From: Bacteroidia bacterium
GTDB lineage: Bacteria > Bacteroidota > Bacteroidia > NS11-12g > UBA955
Assembly: GCA_025450395.1 (NCBI GenBank)
Contig: JANWHK010000145.1
Location: 1 to 37,092, forward strand
DNA: 37,092 nucleotides
Reading direction: 5' to 3'
Shown: piece after piece, positions 32,175 to 37,092 of the stretch
Numbering within the stretch: the stretch's first letter is position 1
Layout: each line of letters opens with the position of its first letter
Translations under genes and position numbers: made by a program
The notes under the pieces: generated by a model
The model's input: only the letters and a program-made list of their open reading frames with translations
Told to the model about the DNA's origin: nothing
Database searches by the model: none

Positions 32175-34018
32175 ATCTCTCCATCTATGAAATACATATC
32201 AATCCCACCTTTGCCCTTCGCTTGAATTTTTCCTCTATAAGTGCAATTGTATTTGTGCTTTATTAATTCATAGGTTGTTGTGCTAATGTTTACTTTACCC
32301 ACTTCACCATTGCTTTCCATTCGGCTAGCCATGTTTACAGTGTCACCCCAAATATCATAGGCAAACTTTTTAGTACCGACTATTCCTGCCACGACCTGAC
32401 CTGTATGAATACCCATTCTGATTTCGAAAAACAGCTCTCCGGCCGCCTTCTTCTTTTCCATATATTCCAACATAAAATGCTTTATAGCCAAGGCAGCTTT
32501 TACCACATCCAATGCATGTGTTTTATTAGGTATTGGTATTCCACCTGCTGCCATATATGAATCCCCAATGGTTTTTATCTTTTCAACCCCATGGTCTTTC
32601 ATAATCTGGTCAAAAGCAGAAAAGTAATCATTTATTTTAGTGACTAATTCTTTGGCACTTAGTTTTTCTGACAATTGTGTAAAAGCCATAAAATCTGTAA
32701 ATAATACCGTTACCTCATCAAATTGCTTAGCCTCTGCACTACCTTTCTCTTTCAATTCTTCAGCGACCTCTGTGGGCAAAATATTGCTCAACAATTCATC
32801 ACTACGCGATTTTTCCTTAGATATTTTGTTGCGTTGTCTGAAAACCACAACTAAAAAGAAGAGCGCGGTAAATAGGCTTGCAGTAATTATATTACGGATA
32901 TACTGTTGATTAATATCCTTTTTTTCCTGTTCAAACCGGATGGCATCTTCTTTTCTCCCGAACTCGATGTTCATGATTTGTTTCTGCTTTTGATTACTGA
33001 ATAACTTGTCACGCACATTCAGGTAACATTTATGATAATATAATGCCTTGAGGCGCATCTGCTCTGTGGTTAATAATTTGCCCCCAATACTATCCGGAAG
33101 TGGAATGGTCGATTTTTCGTAAAGTGAACTTAATGCTTCATATGAGTTTTGAACATGATGCAGTGCACCTATTTTACCCGACAATGCAAGTGAATGATAG
33201 AGATAATCGCTACTCTCCTTGTAGTTTCCTTTGGAGGCGTATATAGAACCTATGTTGTAAAGGTCCTCAGCTATATGATTTTTATTTCCTAAATCTTCAA
33301 ACATTTTCAATGACTTTAAACAATAGTCCAATGCTTTATCAAAATCCCCTGTTTGTTTATAGACACTTCCAATATAGCTTGACCAAACAGCTTTTCCATT
33401 TATATTACCTAATTCTTCGCACATTCTTAATGCTCCAAAGTAGTAATCCAAAGCGGCTGGATAATTCTGCTGCTTTTTATACACGCTTCCAATAAGGCCG
33501 AGATTTCTTGCGATGCCCCATTTATTGTTTAATTCCTTATCCATCTTAAGTGACCTAAAATAATAGTTCATAGCTTTCGTGTAGTCACCTTGTTCCGAAT
33601 ATATATCACCTGTAACACCAAGGGCAATGGAGAGTATCAATTTATTATGGATATTCTCTGCTAAGTGCACCGCCTTGAAATATTTGGTTAATGCTTCAGG
33701 TAAATTCCCTTGCAATTCGTCACACCAGCCTAACACTATATAACTGTATGCTTCCCCGGCTTTCCAATTAAGTTTTTGTGCCAATTGCAATGATTGATTA
33801 CCAAGTATAATGGAAGAGTCTGTGTTGCGGTTGCTTAATTCCCTTGAAAGATTATATAAATGTATAACTTTATTGGTATCATCAATATCCTTTCTTAAAA
33901 GCACATGCAGAGAATCCAAATTGAAATGTTTCCCCATAGAAGATATTTGTCCAATTGAAACCAAATGACAAAACGAAATACTTATTATAAGGAGAAAGTT
34001 TCTTGTTATTATTTTCAT
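32171..34018 (-). CDS. TPR-repeat sensor / class III adenylate-guanylate cyclase
   Basis: Signal peptide from the internal ATG 34018 (MKIITRNFLLIISISF), about 8 TPR units, one TM, then the cyclase core: VTVLFTDFMAFT, KTIGDSYMAAGG, MGIHTGQVVAGIVG, YDIWGDTVNMASRMES. The stop overlaps the arr start (ATGA). Confidence 0.9.
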   Translation of the reverse strand: MKIITRNFLLIISISFCHLVSIGQISSMGKHFNLDSLHVLLRKDIDDTNKVIHLYNLSRELSNRNTDSSIILGNQSLQLAQKLNWKAGEAYSYIVLGWCDELQGNLPEALTKYFKAVHLAENIHNKLILSIALGVTGDIYSEQGDYTKAMNYYFRSLKMDKELNNKWGIARNLGLIGSVYKKQQNYPAALDYYFGALRMCEELGNINGKAVWSSYIGSVYKQTGDFDKALDYCLKSLKMFEDLGNKNHIAEDLYNIGSIYASKGNYKESSDYLYHSLALSGKIGALHHVQNSYEALSSLYEKSTIPLPDSIGGKLLTTEQMRLKALYYHKCYLNVRDKLFSNQKQKQIMNIEFGRKEDAIRFEQEKKDINQQYIRNIITASLFTALFFLVVVFRQRNKISKEKSRSDELLSNILPTEVAEELKEKGSAEAKQFDEVTVLFTDFMAFTQLSEKLSAKELVTKINDYFSAFDQIMKDHGVEKIKTIGDSYMAAGGIPIPNKTHALDVVKAALAIKHFMLEYMEKKKAAGELFFEIRMGIHTGQVVAGIVGTKKFAYDIWGDTVNMASRMESNGEVGKVNISTTTYELIKHKYNCTYRGKIQAKGKGGIDMYFIDGEI

Positions 34019-34266
34019 TGAAGTCAGGCTTGATATTCGATGTTTTTGAATGGTATCCCACAAAAATAACCAATTCCCAATAAAAGGACCAAACTTGTTT
34101 GAGGTACCGATAATATTCATTTCATATTGATTTGTCTCCACAGTTAAAGGAAAAACATATTATTGCATTGAAATATGGGTATTGTGTAACATCTTCCATG
34201 AATCATGTAACTGGCCCTTGCAAGAATCACCTGATATTTGAAAAATAATCCCTAAATCCCCAAATC

Positions 34267-34626
34267 ATGGAACAATATCAAGAAGAACCACTAAAAGACG
34301 CCGATCTCAAGACGCTTGCATCCTGTATGGAGTCGCTGCAAAGAAAAGGTTACACCGAGAATTTCATGGTGAATGAGAAGGGATTGTATGATATTGACAT
34401 GGATAAAAACTATGGTCCGGAGCAAGTGCGGATTCCTAGTTTTTACCGTTTTGAAGGCGCCAGCGACCCGGGTGACAGTTCTATCCTGTATGCCATAGAA
34501 ACGGATGATGGCATTAAAGGATTGCTCTCGGATTCCTACGGTCCCTATTCTGATCCTGAAGTGACTAAATTCATCACGGAGGTGCAGGAAATCAACAAAA
34601 AAACCAATAGAGGTGAAAAGCTGTGA
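34267..34626 (+). CDS. conserved hypothetical 119-aa protein
   Basis: ATG ORF. The FYRFEGASDPGDSSILYAIETDDGIKG pattern looks like a conserved small Bacteroidota protein of unknown function. Confidence 0.6.
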   Translation: MEQYQEEPLKDADLKTLASCMESLQRKGYTENFMVNEKGLYDIDMDKNYGPEQVRIPSFYRFEGASDPGDSSILYAIETDDGIKGLLSDSYGPYSDPEVTKFITEVQEINKKTNRGEKL

Positions 34627-35362
34627 AGCTATATATCGCATCAAAAAAAAGGTCTTCTCCACCATTGTCTTTTACTTGTTTGTCGCAAGTGGTCTTTCTT
34701 CTCAAAACCAGGATATTCATCTGCACAACGGGCTTGTAGGGGAATTGTCGTATTTTAAGCAAACCGCCGAGACCCATGCCTTGCGTATATTCAACCACAA
34801 GGGCCTGCCGGATTCAGTCAAGAGCATCATGGTCACGAAGTACAACAGGCTGAGGACCGGCTATGAACAACTCATACTGCAACTGATATCCGATATGTAT
34901 TCCAGGCCTGGCATGTGTTATTACAGGGGCCTCGACAGGTATTTCTGCACAGGCAAAAAAAGGAAAAAAGGCAAGGTGGCCTATTTCATTGACAATTGGG
35001 AAAAGGTGATGGTCGCCTATTATGAGATGATCAGTTTCCCGAGCCAGGAATACCTCGACAGCCTGACCTCGGCCTATGAAAAGCTTCATGCCGAAGATTT
35101 ATACCTGCCTGATAAAAAACAGGCGTCTCAGCAGGAAACAGTTGTCAAACCGGAGGCGCCGGATCCCCTGGGCAGTATTGTTTCAGTTTTCAGGATATAC
35201 AAGAAATTGAAGCTGGACGCTGAACAGAAAACATACAATCTTACAGAGCTATTGAATTCATTACGTTTACGGCATGCCACGGAATTGATATTGAGGGATG
35301 AGGATGAGGTTGAAACCACCAGGACCATTGTCAAGCCGAATGGGGGTAAGAAGCGGAAATAA
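34613..35362 (+). CDS. hypothetical exported protein
   Basis: GTG start overlapping the previous gene by 14 nt. It has a signal-like segment VFSTIVFYLFVASGLSS. An A8 tract lies at 34643-34650 within codons 10-13. Confidence 0.45.
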   Translation: MKSCEAIYRIKKKVFSTIVFYLFVASGLSSQNQDIHLHNGLVGELSYFKQTAETHALRIFNHKGLPDSVKSIMVTKYNRLRTGYEQLILQLISDMYSRPGMCYYRGLDRYFCTGKKRKKGKVAYFIDNWEKVMVAYYEMISFPSQEYLDSLTSAYEKLHAEDLYLPDKKQASQQETVVKPEAPDPLGSIVSVFRIYKKLKLDAEQKTYNLTELLNSLRLRHATELILRDEDEVETTRTIVKPNGGKKRK

Positions 35363-35388
35363 ATCGCATATCGTAAAGCCTTTACAGA

Positions 35389-35506
35389 TCACCACGGCCT
35401 GAGGCAGGCCTCGTGATGACCGTTTCCAAGACATCTTTTCTGGAAACGGCTTGCGAAATCAATCTTATGGAACCGGTCATGGCGAGTGCTGACGCTTTGG
35501 TCAGCA
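35389..35506. other. three consecutive hairpins downstream of 34613-35362
   Basis: (1) 35389-35419, imperfect. (2) CCGTTTCCA 35420-35428 pairs with TGGAAACGG 35441-35449. (3) TGCTGAC 35487-35493 pairs with GTCAGCA 35500-35506. Confidence 0.5.
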
Positions 35507-35568
35507 TGTGGCCACCTGCCAATCGTAGAAACGCCACCACCTTATATAAATAATTAAGATAAAATAAT

Positions 35569-35576
35569 TATCTTTG
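35569..35576 (+). promoter_or_regulatory. candidate -7 box TATCTTTG
   Basis: TAnnTTTG 36 nt upstream of ATG 35612. Confidence 0.45.
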
Positions 35577-35608
35577 CAGCCCCGAAAAAAAGCGGGGTAA
35601 AAGAATAG

Positions 35609-37092
<1,484 letters not shown>

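Noticed and set aside
34643-34650. A8 tract near the 5' end of ORF 34613-35362 as a phase-variation switch
   Set aside because: The tract is short, and both the ORF and its GTG start are uncertain. There is not enough evidence to claim phase variation.

Overview
The window looks like Bacteroidota chromosome. Support: several TAnnTTTG -7 promoter boxes just upstream of starts, a T9SS C-terminal sorting domain protein, and YtxH/DUF892 stress genes. I count about 45 protein-coding genes and see no rRNA, tRNA, CRISPR array, transposase or integrase.

Layout:
- 1-5.5 kb, accessory island on the + strand: PAAR spike-tip protein, a 112-aa helical ORF, a stand-alone EndoU-like RNase toxin with a long Lys/Glu coiled-coil tail, two small candidate immunity ORFs, a DUF4123 (T6SS adaptor) protein, and a 665-aa glycine-zipper plus MORN-repeat protein. 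No T6SS core genes are visible. This is my best candidate for an undescribed system.
- 5.6-18.4 kb, mostly ordinary genes: membrane proteins, small HTH protein, MFS transporter, CNNM/HlyC-type transporter, lipoprotein ice-binding protein with Ig-like repeats, PA0069-type radical SAM protein, a sigma-70 region-2-only protein, and a convergent AsmA-like/Omp85 pair.
- 18.4-22.2 kb, minus-strand stress cluster with a duplicated YtxH plus disordered-protein module, Holin-X-like and lmo0937-like membrane proteins and DUF892. It is interrupted by 740 bp of structured non-coding DNA.
- 22.3-27.9 kb: PAS histidine kinase; an NHEJ operon (Ku plus LigD split into separate phosphoesterase, ligase and polymerase ORFs); a histone-H1-like Lys/Ala protein.
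- 28.5-37.1 kb: AT-rich T9SS beta-helix protein, GC-rich VOC gene, Arr-type ADP-ribosyltransferase translationally coupled to a TPR adenylate cyclase, two unknowns, and an ABC-F ATPase running off the window. The ABC-F gene is absent from the ORF track and I translated it by eye.

A family of 7-bp-periodic tandem repeats (TACGAYR and relatives) recurs in at least four intergenic regions. All family calls come from motif recognition by eye; no database search was run.
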